This document shows, piece after piece, positions 45,207-55,543 of a DNA stretch of 64,000 nt. The notes under the pieces were generated by a model, which worked only from the letters and a program-made list of their open reading frames with translations, was not told where the DNA came from and searched no databases. Each line of letters starts with the position of its first letter. Position 1 is the stretch's first letter. Source of the DNA: Deltaproteobacteria bacterium (lineage in GTDB: Bacteria > Myxococcota_A > Polyangia > Fen-1088); the NCBI GenBank assembly GCA_033763315.1, contig JANRKS010000032.1, positions 544,001 through 608,000 on the forward strand, read 5' to 3'. Position numbers and translations under genes: made by a program.

Positions 45207-45238
45207 ACGGCGAGCCACCTGGTAGGGGGGCTCGCCGT
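45207..45238 (-). terminator. Probable intrinsic terminator of the reductase operon
   Basis: 10-bp perfect stem ACGGCGAGCC/GGCTCGCCGT, followed on the minus strand by TGCTGTTT. Confidence 0.6.
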
Positions 45239-45258
45239 CGGTGCACCAACCGCAAAGG

Positions 45259-45843
45259 TTAGTTGCTGGGTGGCCCGCCCAAGCGCGCCAAAATGTCGGT
45301 CAACGCCTGTGGCTTTGCGCCGGCCGCGAGCGTCACAGACACAGTGAACAACTCACGCGGCTCGGACACCAACTTCAGCTCCACCGGCCCGCCCAGCGCC
45401 TCCGTGAAAAACGCGCTCAGTTCCGATTTGAAGGCGTCGAGCGTGGCTTGTGTGCTGGGCGCGCCCAACCGATCGTTGACCCGGAACAATAGTTCATCGG
45501 TGGCGAACTTTACGCCCAACGATGCCTCGGCCTGCAACCCCGCCGCGACGTTCACAGCGCGGCGGAAGCTGTCACGCAAGCGTTCTGCCGGAGCCGGTGC
45601 CTCTCGCTTGCGGCTGTAGAGCAAGCCCAAGCGGCCCTTGCCTTCGTCAATGTAGTAGTCGCTGCCATGGCCCACAAACAGGATCCCGGGCCCCGCGGGC
45701 ACGTGATCGTAAGGCGCCACGTCGATCATCAACTCGGGCAACTTCTTCGTGCGAATCCACTCGTGAAACACAGGCACAAACGCCTCCAGGTGGGCGCTGT
45801 GGTTGGTGGTAAACAACTTAATCTGAATCTTTTGCACGTTCAT
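45259..45843 (-). CDS. Hypothetical protein co-transcribed with the sulfite/nitrite reductase
   Basis: RBS AAGGA immediately after the reductase stop. Motif-like FVPVFHEWI, LMIDVA.Y.HV..GPGIL.VGH and RVNDRL.AP. Confidence 0.8.
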   Translation of the reverse strand: MNVQKIQIKLFTTNHSAHLEAFVPVFHEWIRTKKLPELMIDVAPYDHVPAGPGILFVGHGSDYYIDEGKGRLGLLYSRKREAPAPAERLRDSFRRAVNVAAGLQAEASLGVKFATDELLFRVNDRLGAPSTQATLDAFKSELSAFFTEALGGPVELKLVSEPRELFTVSVTLAAGAKPQALTDILARLGGPPSN

Positions 45844-45853
45844 CTGGCGTTCC

Positions 45854-48136
45854 TTAAACCACAGGGGCCGCTGGGTTGGCGCTGGACCCAATGCGTACGT
45901 AGCACTGGTGAGACGCGTCCACGAACAGCTGGGCTTCCTCAATCATCTGGTGGGCCGCTTCGAAATTATCGGCCTTGCCTGCATCTTCATGCGTCTTGAA
46001 CAAGATGTTCGCAAAGCGTGGGCCTCCGAACGGATCGAAGAACAACTGTGTGTCGAAAAAGTGCTTCTTGAATTCAGCCACGATCTCATTGGGATCGTCG
46101 CTCAGATTCAGGTTGCGATCCTTGGTCAAAGCGCGCGCCGCTTGCAGCATCGAGCTGTAAGCGCGGCGGCCGGCGCCTGCAATGTCGCCCTTGTCCAGAA
46201 GCTCTTGTGCCTCATAGATCTCTCGCTCGGCGCCTGCCAAGCCCACCTCGATCAAAGGGACCACTTCGCCCGCGCACTCGCCCACACCCATGTCGCCGAT
46301 GGTGTAAACGCGGGGATCGCCCCAGTCGCTGTAGAAGTTTGGATCTTGCTCAAAGCTGGGGATCGCTTGCAATTCGTCCACCAGCGCGCGGATTTCCTTT
46401 TTGCCGACGCGGTTGATGTACGTGTGGAAGCTCTCGTCCACTTGGCGTTCAGCATCGTACTTGGCGACGATGCGTTTGACCGCCTCAGGCACGCGCTTGG
46501 AAGGAATGGCGCCAATCGCCATGCCGTAAGAGCCCGCGTTGTTCTCCCACTCGCCACCCACAACCAATTGGAAGTGGGGCACGCGGCGGCCGTTCACGTT
46601 GCGGCTCACGCCCAGAAAACCAAGGTCGGCCACGTGGTGTTGCCCGCATGAATTAAAGCATCCGCTCGACTTGATGTGCAAGCCACGCGCGGCAGGCGGC
46701 AGCGTGTCGCCCATCGCTTTGAGTTGCTTTGACAGTTCGGCCGAAAGCGATCGCGACGAAGAGATACCCAGCTTGCACGTGTCGGTGCCAGGGCACGACG
46801 TGATGTCGCTGATGGTGCCCGCGCCGCCGGCGCCCAAGCCAATCTTCTCCAGATCGGCGCGCAAAGCGGGCAAATCAGCGTTGCTCACCCAACGCATCAC
46901 CAGGTTTTGATCCGCGGTGGCGCGCAAAGTGTCGCCCGTGTACTTGGTCATCAGGTCTGCCAGCGATCGCGCTTGATCCGATGTGAAATCGCCGAGCGGC
47001 AACGTGATGGTGACAGCGGAATAACCCTCTTGTGCTTGCGGCCGCACGTTGGTCTTTTGCCACGCGGTGAACGCCGCGGGTTGCTCTGCCGGCACGGGAC
47101 CAGGCGCGCGCACGGGCTTCTCGTCGACCACGTGCAAATCGCCCAAGAACGCCGTCCACCGCTCATCGGGACGCAGCTTGGCGCGCTCTTCGACCACCAA
47201 ACGCTTGAACTCTTCGAGGCCCAACTTCTTCACCAAGAACTTCAAACGCGCTTTGGCACGGTTGGCTTTTTCACCCAAGCGGGCAAACACGCGGCAGATC
47301 GCCTGCGACGTGGGCAAAAGTTCGTCTTCGGGCAAAAATTCGTCGAACAACAAAGCGTTTTGCGGCACGGCACCCAGGCCGCCGCCCACGTAGAACTTAA
47401 AGCCACGTTCAAGCTTGCCGTTGTCCATGCGGGACGTGGCCACGGCACCGATGTCGTGGAAGTTCGCCAAGCCGCAGGATTCACCCTCGCAGCCTGAAAA
47501 AGCGATCTTGAACTTGCGCCCGAAGTCTTGTGCGTCGTCGTGGCCCAACAAGAAGTACGTCAACGCGTTGGCGTAGGGGGTCACGTCGAACGATTGGCCG
47601 TGGCACACGCCCGCAAACGGGCACGCTGTGACGTTGCGTACGCTGTTGCCGCACGCTTCACGGGTTGTGATGCCCACCGCAGCCAAGCGGCGCATCAGGT
47701 CAGGTGTGTCTTCGATGTGCACGAAGTGCAGCTGAATGTCTTGGCGGGTTGTGACGTGCAGGATTTGGTCTGAATATTCCTCGGCCAGTTCGGCCAGCAC
47801 TTCCAATTGACGCACGCTGATCTTCCCGAAGGGGATCTTGATGCGCATCATGCCAGGGGCGTCCCACACGGTCACAGGGCCCTTGGTCAACGTGCCGCAC
47901 GGGAAGTTCAGCTCTTGCGACTTTTCGCCGTCATGGCGTTGGCCGTTGTCGTACCGCTGCCCGTAAACCCCGCGCCGCAGACGCGTTTCGGCGAACAGCT
48001 TCTCTTCAATCTTGCCTTGCTTGCGCAAGTTGATCTGGGTTTCAAAAACATCAATCTCACGAGCCAGGGGCTCGGCGATTTGGCCAGCCAGCTTTTCTTT
48101 CCAGGTCGGGAGGGAGGGGGACGACGGTGATGACAT
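45854..48136 (-). CDS. Siroheme sulfite/nitrite reductase hemoprotein (CysI/Sir-like) with a C-terminal HEPN-like helical domain
   Basis: RL.RGVYGQR, M.RIKIP.G, H.TTRQDIQLH, REACGN.VRN.TAC, RKFKIAFSGC, CPGTDTC, SGCFNSCG.H, G.GECAG. Start placed at ATG 48136. Confidence 0.92.
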   Translation of the reverse strand: MSSPSSPSLPTWKEKLAGQIAEPLAREIDVFETQINLRKQGKIEEKLFAETRLRRGVYGQRYDNGQRHDGEKSQELNFPCGTLTKGPVTVWDAPGMMRIKIPFGKISVRQLEVLAELAEEYSDQILHVTTRQDIQLHFVHIEDTPDLMRRLAAVGITTREACGNSVRNVTACPFAGVCHGQSFDVTPYANALTYFLLGHDDAQDFGRKFKIAFSGCEGESCGLANFHDIGAVATSRMDNGKLERGFKFYVGGGLGAVPQNALLFDEFLPEDELLPTSQAICRVFARLGEKANRAKARLKFLVKKLGLEEFKRLVVEERAKLRPDERWTAFLGDLHVVDEKPVRAPGPVPAEQPAAFTAWQKTNVRPQAQEGYSAVTITLPLGDFTSDQARSLADLMTKYTGDTLRATADQNLVMRWVSNADLPALRADLEKIGLGAGGAGTISDITSCPGTDTCKLGISSSRSLSAELSKQLKAMGDTLPPAARGLHIKSSGCFNSCGQHHVADLGFLGVSRNVNGRRVPHFQLVVGGEWENNAGSYGMAIGAIPSKRVPEAVKRIVAKYDAERQVDESFHTYINRVGKKEIRALVDELQAIPSFEQDPNFYSDWGDPRVYTIGDMGVGECAGEVVPLIEVGLAGAEREIYEAQELLDKGDIAGAGRRAYSSMLQAARALTKDRNLNLSDDPNEIVAEFKKHFFDTQLFFDPFGGPRFANILFKTHEDAGKADNFEAAHQMIEEAQLFVDASHQCYVRIGSSANPAAPVV

Positions 48137-48290
48137 AGTGCGTTGCTTCCGAGAGGGGTCCAAGTGGACGGGAAGGCGGCATCCTACAAGGTTTGATTGC
48201 GAAATCCACGCGCCCCCCGTCACCGATAAGTCCAGGTTTCGCGCCAACAAAGGTGACGAGGGCCGGGGAATGCCAGTATCTTTACAGGCC

Positions 48291-48905
48291 ATGCGCCGGC
48301 CGCCCTTCCAGATGATCCGCTCCTTCCACTTGGCGGACCTATTTACCTTGGCCAACGCATTTTGTGGCATGGGCGCGGTCTTTGCGGCGATGTCGGCCAT
48401 GGAGGCCCAATCGGCGCGGGGCTTGGTGGCCTCGGCGGCGTTCATTCCCTTGGCCCTGTTCTTCGATGTGTTAGACGGCAACATCGCGCGCTGGCGGAGG
48501 GCGCACTCGGCCATGGGGCGTGAGTTGGATTCGCTGGCGGATGTGATTTCGTTCGGCGTGGCGCCCGCGGCTTTGGCTTATGCGGCCGGCATGCGCGGGT
48601 TGTGGGATTGCTTCATTCTCACGTACTTTGTGGCCTGCGGTGTGAGCCGTTTGGCGCGCTTCAACGTAACTGCCGAGGCGCTTTCCGAAGGCAGCGGCAA
48701 GGTGAAATTCTTCGAAGGCACCCCCATCCCCACCAGCATCGCGTTGGTGGGCGTGGTGGCGTGGGCCGCACATGCAGAGCGCGTGAATGAGGCGCTCTAC
48801 TTCGGCTCGATGAAGCTTGGCCCGGGCGTGTTTCATCCGTTGGTGGTGCTGTTTGCGATTTCGGGATCGCTGATGATCAGCACCATCCGCATTCCGAAGT
48901 TCTAA
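48291..48905 (+). CDS. pssA: CDP-diacylglycerol--serine O-phosphatidyltransferase
   Basis: AD.FTLAN..CG, CDP-alcohol motif DVLDGNIAR....S.MGRELDSLADVISFGVAPA, RLARFN, FEGTPIP. Confidence 0.9.
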   Translation: MRRPPFQMIRSFHLADLFTLANAFCGMGAVFAAMSAMEAQSARGLVASAAFIPLALFFDVLDGNIARWRRAHSAMGRELDSLADVISFGVAPAALAYAAGMRGLWDCFILTYFVACGVSRLARFNVTAEALSEGSGKVKFFEGTPIPTSIALVGVVAWAAHAERVNEALYFGSMKLGPGVFHPLVVLFAISGSLMISTIRIPKF

Positions 48906-49468
48906 AGCTGTGATTTTTCGGCTTCGCTGCGCGCCGGCACACATGTTAAGAAGGCTTGCACGTCCGCCAGTTGCAGCTCGTGCAGAGTGTCGGCTTCCTG
49001 CACGAGCAAGCTGGCTTGGTTTTCGCGGCGGGGGGCGATGCCGATCAAGTGCACACGCACGCCAAACGCCTGTGCTTGTTCCACACCTGGGCGCAGATCT
49101 TCATCGCCTGTCAACACCAGCGCATCCGCGATCGCTTTGTTTTGCGCCAGAGCGACAAGATCACTGATCAGCAATTCGTCCACACCGCGTTGGCCACCTT
49201 CGGGTGTCATGGCACCGATGCGCACTTTGACGTTGTGGCAATAAGCCATGGCCACCTGTTGAGGCGTGGGGGCGGCCGTGGCGCCGTCGTACCAATAGAT
49301 CCTCAAGAGTGGCAAGCCGGACAGCGCCGCCGTCAGCTCGTGCAATGTTGCAATGATGCGTTCGTGGTTAAGCTGCAACTGCCGGCGAGGCAGGCGCTCG
49401 TTGGCCACAAGCTTAGAGCCCGAGGCAAATAAATAGCCCGCATCTACGAAAACGGCCGCACGATCCAT
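48902..49468 (-). CDS. NYN domain protein (LabA/DUF88 PIN-like)
   Basis: VFVDAGYL, LRIYWYDG, Q.GVD, LTGDEDL.PGV..AQ..GVRV, L.QEAD. Confidence 0.9.
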   Translation of the reverse strand: MDRAAVFVDAGYLFASGSKLVANERLPRRQLQLNHERIIATLHELTAALSGLPLLRIYWYDGATAAPTPQQVAMAYCHNVKVRIGAMTPEGGQRGVDELLISDLVALAQNKAIADALVLTGDEDLRPGVEQAQAFGVRVHLIGIAPRRENQASLLVQEADTLHELQLADVQAFLTCVPARSEAEKSQL

Positions 49469-49589
49469 AAGGGACCCTACCAGGATTGTGAACGCAACCG
49501 CGCCGGCGCAGTAAGAAAAGCGCGCCGCCGGGCGGCCAACCGTTATTCTGCAAAGCGAACCACCACCTTTCGTTCACCAAAGGAAGCCT

Positions 49590-50006
49590 GTGCGACCAGA
49601 ACTTGTGTTCGTGCCAGCGGCTGCGCTGGCCCTATGGACCTGTTTGATCTTGTTCTTCTTGGGCGCCAAGCGGGTGGGGGCTGTGCGGGCGCGGCGCGTG
49701 CGCGCAGGCGACTTTCGCACGGGCGATAGCGCGGCGGTGCCGGCAGACTTGGTGCTCATCAACCGTAACTTGATGAATCTGCTCGAGATGCCGGTGCTGT
49801 TCTATGCGGTTTGCACGGCGTTCTATGTCACGCACCTTGTTGTGCCTGCCATCGTGTGGTTGGCGGCGTTGTTCACGTTGCTGCGGGTGGTGCATAGCTT
49901 CGTTCAAATCGGCACCGCGTGGATTGGGCGGCGGCTGATGGTTTTCGCCCTCAGCAACCTACTGTTGGTGGCGCTGTGGCTTTGGTTCCTGGCTCGGTTG
50001 CTTTAG
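49590..50006 (+). CDS. MAPEG family membrane protein
   Basis: RNLMNLLEMPVLFY, RVVHSFV, four hydrophobic segments. Confidence 0.85.
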   Translation: MRPELVFVPAAALALWTCLILFFLGAKRVGAVRARRVRAGDFRTGDSAAVPADLVLINRNLMNLLEMPVLFYAVCTAFYVTHLVVPAIVWLAALFTLLRVVHSFVQIGTAWIGRRLMVFALSNLLLVALWLWFLARLL

Positions 50007-50210
50007 CCACTTTGTTGCCGTTCATCTGCGCGTTCTGCAGCCGCCTCGGAATCGAACACGTATGGCTGCCCCTCTCTGCGCGGGCGGACGAAGATCACTG
50101 AAGGAGGCCCCTTTTTGTGCAACCCCTTGACGCCGTTTTTGCCGTGATTCCGAAAAAAGGCCGTCGGAAAACGACTGCAAAGGACAGCGAAAAGACAGGA
50201 GGACAACCCC

Positions 50211-50498
50211 ATGAAAGTTAGGCCCATTCATGATCGCATCCTGATCAAACGTACAGAGGAAGAACAGAAGACCCAAGGTGGCTTGTTTATCCCGGATACA
50301 GCCAAAGAGAAGCCCCAGCAGGGCGTGGTGGTGGCGGTAGGCAATGGCAAGGCGTTGGACGATGGGCAGGTGCGCGGGTTGCAAGTGAAAGCGGGCGATA
50401 AGGTTCTGTTCGCCAAGTACACGGGCACCGATGTGAAGGTGAACAACGAAGAGCATCTGATCTTGAAGGAAGACGAAGTCCTTGCCGTGATCGAATAA
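50211..50498 (+). CDS. groES: Co-chaperonin GroES
   Basis: [47 protein letters not shown]. Confidence 0.98.
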   Translation: MKVRPIHDRILIKRTEEEQKTQGGLFIPDTAKEKPQQGVVVAVGNGKALDDGQVRGLQVKAGDKVLFAKYTGTDVKVNNEEHLILKEDEVLAVIE

Positions 50499-50533
50499 CG
50501 CACCTTTTAAGGAGACAACGAGGAGACAGACAC

Positions 50534-52168
<1,635 letters not shown>

Positions 52169-52193
52169 CCCAGGGACGCTAAGTCCACGCAAC

Positions 52194-52243
52194 GCGGCCG
52201 TGGGAATGCTGAAATGGCGTTTCTCCACGGCCGCTTTTTATTT
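52194..52243 (+). terminator. Rho-independent terminator after groEL
   Basis: Stem GCGGCCGTGG (52194-52203) / CCACGGCCGC (52225-52234), followed by TTTTTATTT. Confidence 0.85.
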
Positions 52244-52278
52244 GCCACGGGCTGCTCGTTAGTTCAGTATGTTTGCCC

Positions 52279-52515
52279 ATGGGGTCGGTGATTGGGGTGG
52301 CGATTTTTCCTTGTGCCCACTGCAGCAAAAACTGCGATGGAACAGTGGTTTTCACGCGCGCAGGCTTTGTTCACATCACGTGCTTGGGCGCCTTTAAACG
52401 GTCCGAGAAGTTCAAACGATTGTTGGCGGAAGATCCGCACGTGATGATGGCCGAAGATCGCTGCACCAACTGCGGCGGTGGCTGCCGATCTACTTGTTGG
52501 ATGCAAGACCGTTGA
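52279..52515 (+). CDS. Small cysteine-rich hypothetical protein
   Basis: 78 aa with CAHCSKNC, HITC and CTNCGGGCRSTC. Fits between the groEL terminator and the DUF1552 stop. Confidence 0.55.
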   Translation: MGSVIGVAIFPCAHCSKNCDGTVVFTRAGFVHITCLGAFKRSEKFKRLLAEDPHVMMAEDRCTNCGGGCRSTCWMQDR

Positions 52516-52517
52516 GG

Positions 52518-53897
52518 CTAATTGGGCTCTTGTATCTGCACACCTTGCAAGGGTCCGCACATGGCAAGGCCGCCAAAACCTGCGGCGCGCACGCCCATGA
52601 TGTTTAGGAGCGTGCAGCCCAAGCGGTGATGGGGTTGAGGTCCGGCGTCAATCAGCTGTCCGCGTGTTTTCATCCGTCCACGTGCGCCGCCCAACATCAC
52701 CACAGGGATGTCGCTCATCCCGTGGGGCCCGGTGGCAAGCTCATTGCCCCAGACGATCAGCGAATTGTCCAAGGCCGTGCGTCCGTCTGTGGAAGGAAAC
52801 GCCAATAGGCGTTCACCAAGGTCGGCAATCAAGCTGGTGTACCACTTCTTGATTTCGGTGTTGATGCGTTCGATCTCCGGATCGCCTTGGTCTTGGTGGG
52901 CCACGAAGTCATGCGCATCTGATGGCATGCCGGGGATCTTCAACCAATCGTAGTGAAAGTGCTCACCGCCGCGACCGAACTGAAACGACAACACGCCCAC
53001 CATATTGCAGGCAACCGTGTTGGCGATGAATTCGATGAACAGGCGGCACAGAATTTCGGCGTTGGCTTCGTTGCCTTGGCCAAAACTTGGCACGCCCCGT
53101 TGCGCAGGTTGCGCCTTGGCACACGCAGCTGCTCGTGGCGGCAAGGCGGACGTCAGCCGGCGCTCGAAGTCGCGCACGGCCGTGGCGTGGAGCTGCACCT
53201 TCGCGCGCTCTTGGGGGCCCAGCCGGTTTTCAAGCAGCCTCAGATCATCAGCCACGCTGTCGAGGATCGAACGCTTCTGTGCCAGGCGACGCTTGGCACT
53301 TTCAGGATCGGGCGGCGCGGCCTTAGACGCACCAAACACTGTTTCATACAGCCTGTAGATGTCGAGCTCACACGGTGCCTGTTGCATGCGTCCCGTGGCG
53401 GAAAACGAAATGCGCCCGGCGTTGATCGCTTTGTAATTCACAGCATGCACGCCGCAGTGAATGTGGCGAAGGCTGCCGGCACCGGAAGGCACTTCATTGG
53501 CGATGCGTTGATCCAACGAGATGCCGCCGCCGAACGAGCCGCCCGGGCCCAACACGCTGTCAAAGCCCGAGTAAAGGCCATGAAAGCCGCGGTCGTGTTC
53601 ATTGCCACTGGGCGATTTGATCGCTTGATAGTTGATGCCTTTGATCAACGTGGTCTGCGCCGCCAAGCGCGGGTCGTTGAGCAACGCGCGCAGGATCGGT
53701 GAATCAAACGTTCCTGGGGCGGGCCAGAAATTCTTTTGGTTGGTGCCATTGGTTTGCATCAACAACACCAAAGCCGGTGGTCCTTGCGCTTCCGCTTCGC
53801 TAGCGAACGCGCGGCGCAGAAACATGGGAGTGGTCAAAGTGAGACCTGCGGCCTTCAGCAGGTGGCGCCGAGTGAAAAGCCGCGAGGACGGAGTCAT
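52518..53897 (-). CDS. DUF1552 family Tat-exported protein
   Basis: TRRHLLK signal, ISLDQRIA, RSILD.V..DL..L..RLG..ER.K...H...VR..E.RL, LDNSLIVW.NE...G.H...DIP. Confidence 0.88.
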   Translation of the reverse strand: MTPSSRLFTRRHLLKAAGLTLTTPMFLRRAFASEAEAQGPPALVLLMQTNGTNQKNFWPAPGTFDSPILRALLNDPRLAAQTTLIKGINYQAIKSPSGNEHDRGFHGLYSGFDSVLGPGGSFGGGISLDQRIANEVPSGAGSLRHIHCGVHAVNYKAINAGRISFSATGRMQQAPCELDIYRLYETVFGASKAAPPDPESAKRRLAQKRSILDSVADDLRLLENRLGPQERAKVQLHATAVRDFERRLTSALPPRAAACAKAQPAQRGVPSFGQGNEANAEILCRLFIEFIANTVACNMVGVLSFQFGRGGEHFHYDWLKIPGMPSDAHDFVAHQDQGDPEIERINTEIKKWYTSLIADLGERLLAFPSTDGRTALDNSLIVWGNELATGPHGMSDIPVVMLGGARGRMKTRGQLIDAGPQPHHRLGCTLLNIMGVRAAGFGGLAMCGPLQGVQIQEPN

Positions 53898-55543
53898 GGT
53901 CTTACTCGCCTCTCGAAGCTGGCGTGGCCCACGAAGGCCAAGAACAGTGAATCTATGCGATTGCCATGTTGTTCGAACGCTTGCTGTAGATCAGCGATCA
54001 CGCATTGATCGGCATCTGTTGCCGGACGGCCAGCCGCAAAACGGAAGAACTGTTGCACGAAGCAGTCGCTCACGGCACGGCTGTGCGCCAGCTTCTCGGA
54101 CAGCTGCGCCACGCCCACAAACGCGCCATCCACGTCCGTATCCAGCAACATGCCTTGTGCATCCACCGGCAGCTCATTTTCGGTTGTTCGGTGGCGCCCA
54201 AGGCCATCCATGTCTTCGAGTCCAAAGCCGATCGCATCAAACGCCGTGTGGCAGCCGGCACACCGTGGCTCTGAACGATGTTGTTCGTATTTTTGCCGTG
54301 TCGTCCTTGCCTTGTCGGTGGCATCGATTGTTTGAGCGGCGATTTGCACGGCCAAGTCCGGCGGCGGGGAAGGCACCTGTTGGCACAGCAACTGGCGGCG
54401 CACCAGCAGGCCCCTTTCGATCGGTCCCGAGTGTTGATCCGCCGCGTGGTACGTGAGCCACGCGGGCAGTGACAAAACGCCGCGGCGAAACACGGGGGAA
54501 AGCACAGACCCATGTTCCGTCATTTGCAATTCATCGCCGTAGATGGAAAACAGAGCGGCGGGGATATGCTGGCTTGTGTCCGTGAACAGCGCCTGCAGTG
54601 TGGCGTCGGGTCCAAAACTGTGAGCTCGCACAAAAGCGTCTATCTCCGCTTGCATGGCTGTCGCCACTTCAGCTGAATACGCGGCGAACGCGTCGCCGTT
54701 CTTGGGCGCCGTTGCCACATCGTCCATGTCCAACCAACCCAGGATCAGCCGCTGCGCCTGCGCGCGGCCGCGCGGCGTTTGCAGCAATCGTTCAACTTGC
54801 ATTTGCCTATGCTCGGGCAGGGCCAAGAGTCCCAAGGAGGCAACCGTGGTGAGCGTCTCGTCGGGTCGCGCGGCCGTGGTGAGCAACGCAATCTGGTTTG
54901 CCAGCTCGTTGTCCGTGAGCAAGGATGGATCCAGCGTTGGCGTTACGTGGCCAAGTTCAGTGCTGTAGAGCGTGCCCGGCGCTTGCAGAACGTATTCGAT
55001 CACCAGCCGAAGCGCGGTGGGTGTGTCGTCGGCCTGGTCCGAGAGCGTGGTCAGCGCAGCGCGCTCTGCGGCCGTGGGCGCGCGCCCGAAGGCGCGGTGG
55101 GCGAAGGCCATAGCAAAGCGATCCACGCACGCTTGGCGTGCTTCACCCAGCTCGCACACGGCATTCGGCAAGGCTTCGCGGCTCAACGTTTCGGCCACCA
55201 CGGCAAATGCACCTTGCATCAGCGAGCCCACGCGCAACGCATCGTCTTGGTTATCAAAGCCGGCGATGTTGGGCTCCGCAGGCAGCAAGGTGGCCGCGCG
55301 TTGCCGCGCTTGGGTGCCCAACAAATCCTCAACCACGTTAAGATATTCGCGCTGCGACAACCGACGAACGCGCGGCGCCGGTGCTTGTGCGCATGTGAAG
55401 GATGGCGTCACCACAGCGTCAGCGGTCCCTGCGTCAACCACGGGCGGTGCAACCACTTTCGGCATGTGAGGGTGCTCGCAAGCGCCAAACGCGAGCGCCG
55501 CCACGAGGAGCAGCGCTTGGCGATGCGCCCTCACGCTACACAT
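53894..55543 (-). CDS. DUF1592/DUF1588-type (PSCyt) lipoprotein with a heme-binding motif
   Basis: Lipobox FGAC, RRLS.REY.N.V.DLLG, GFDN, AFGR, SGPIERGL.VR..LLCQ.VP.PP, CAGCH..FD.IGFGLE..D..G..RT. TGATG overlap with murI. Confidence 0.88.
   Translation of the reverse strand: MCSVRAHRQALLLVAALAFGACEHPHMPKVVAPPVVDAGTADAVVTPSFTCAQAPAPRVRRLSQREYLNVVEDLLGTQARQRAATLLPAEPNIAGFDNQDDALRVGSLMQGAFAVVAETLSREALPNAVCELGEARQACVDRFAMAFAHRAFGRAPTAAERAALTTLSDQADDTPTALRLVIEYVLQAPGTLYSTELGHVTPTLDPSLLTDNELANQIALLTTAARPDETLTTVASLGLLALPEHRQMQVERLLQTPRGRAQAQRLILGWLDMDDVATAPKNGDAFAAYSAEVATAMQAEIDAFVRAHSFGPDATLQALFTDTSQHIPAALFSIYGDELQMTEHGSVLSPVFRRGVLSLPAWLTYHAADQHSGPIERGLLVRRQLLCQQVPSPPPDLAVQIAAQTIDATDKARTTRQKYEQHRSEPRCAGCHTAFDAIGFGLEDMDGLGRHRTTENELPVDAQGMLLDTDVDGAFVGVAQLSEKLAHSRAVSDCFVQQFFRFAAGRPATDADQCVIADLQQAFEQHGNRIDSLFLAFVGHASFERRVRP

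Noticed and set aside
45854-46260. HEPN-like tail and the nearby NYN protein as a toxin or anti-phage system
   Set aside because: The tail lacks the RxxxxH RNase motif and is fused to a metabolic enzyme. The NYN gene is a separate LabA-type gene. No defence-island context.
50100-50210. CIRCE/HrcA operator upstream of groES
   Set aside because: No TTAGCACTC-N9-GAGTGCTAA inverted repeat is present.
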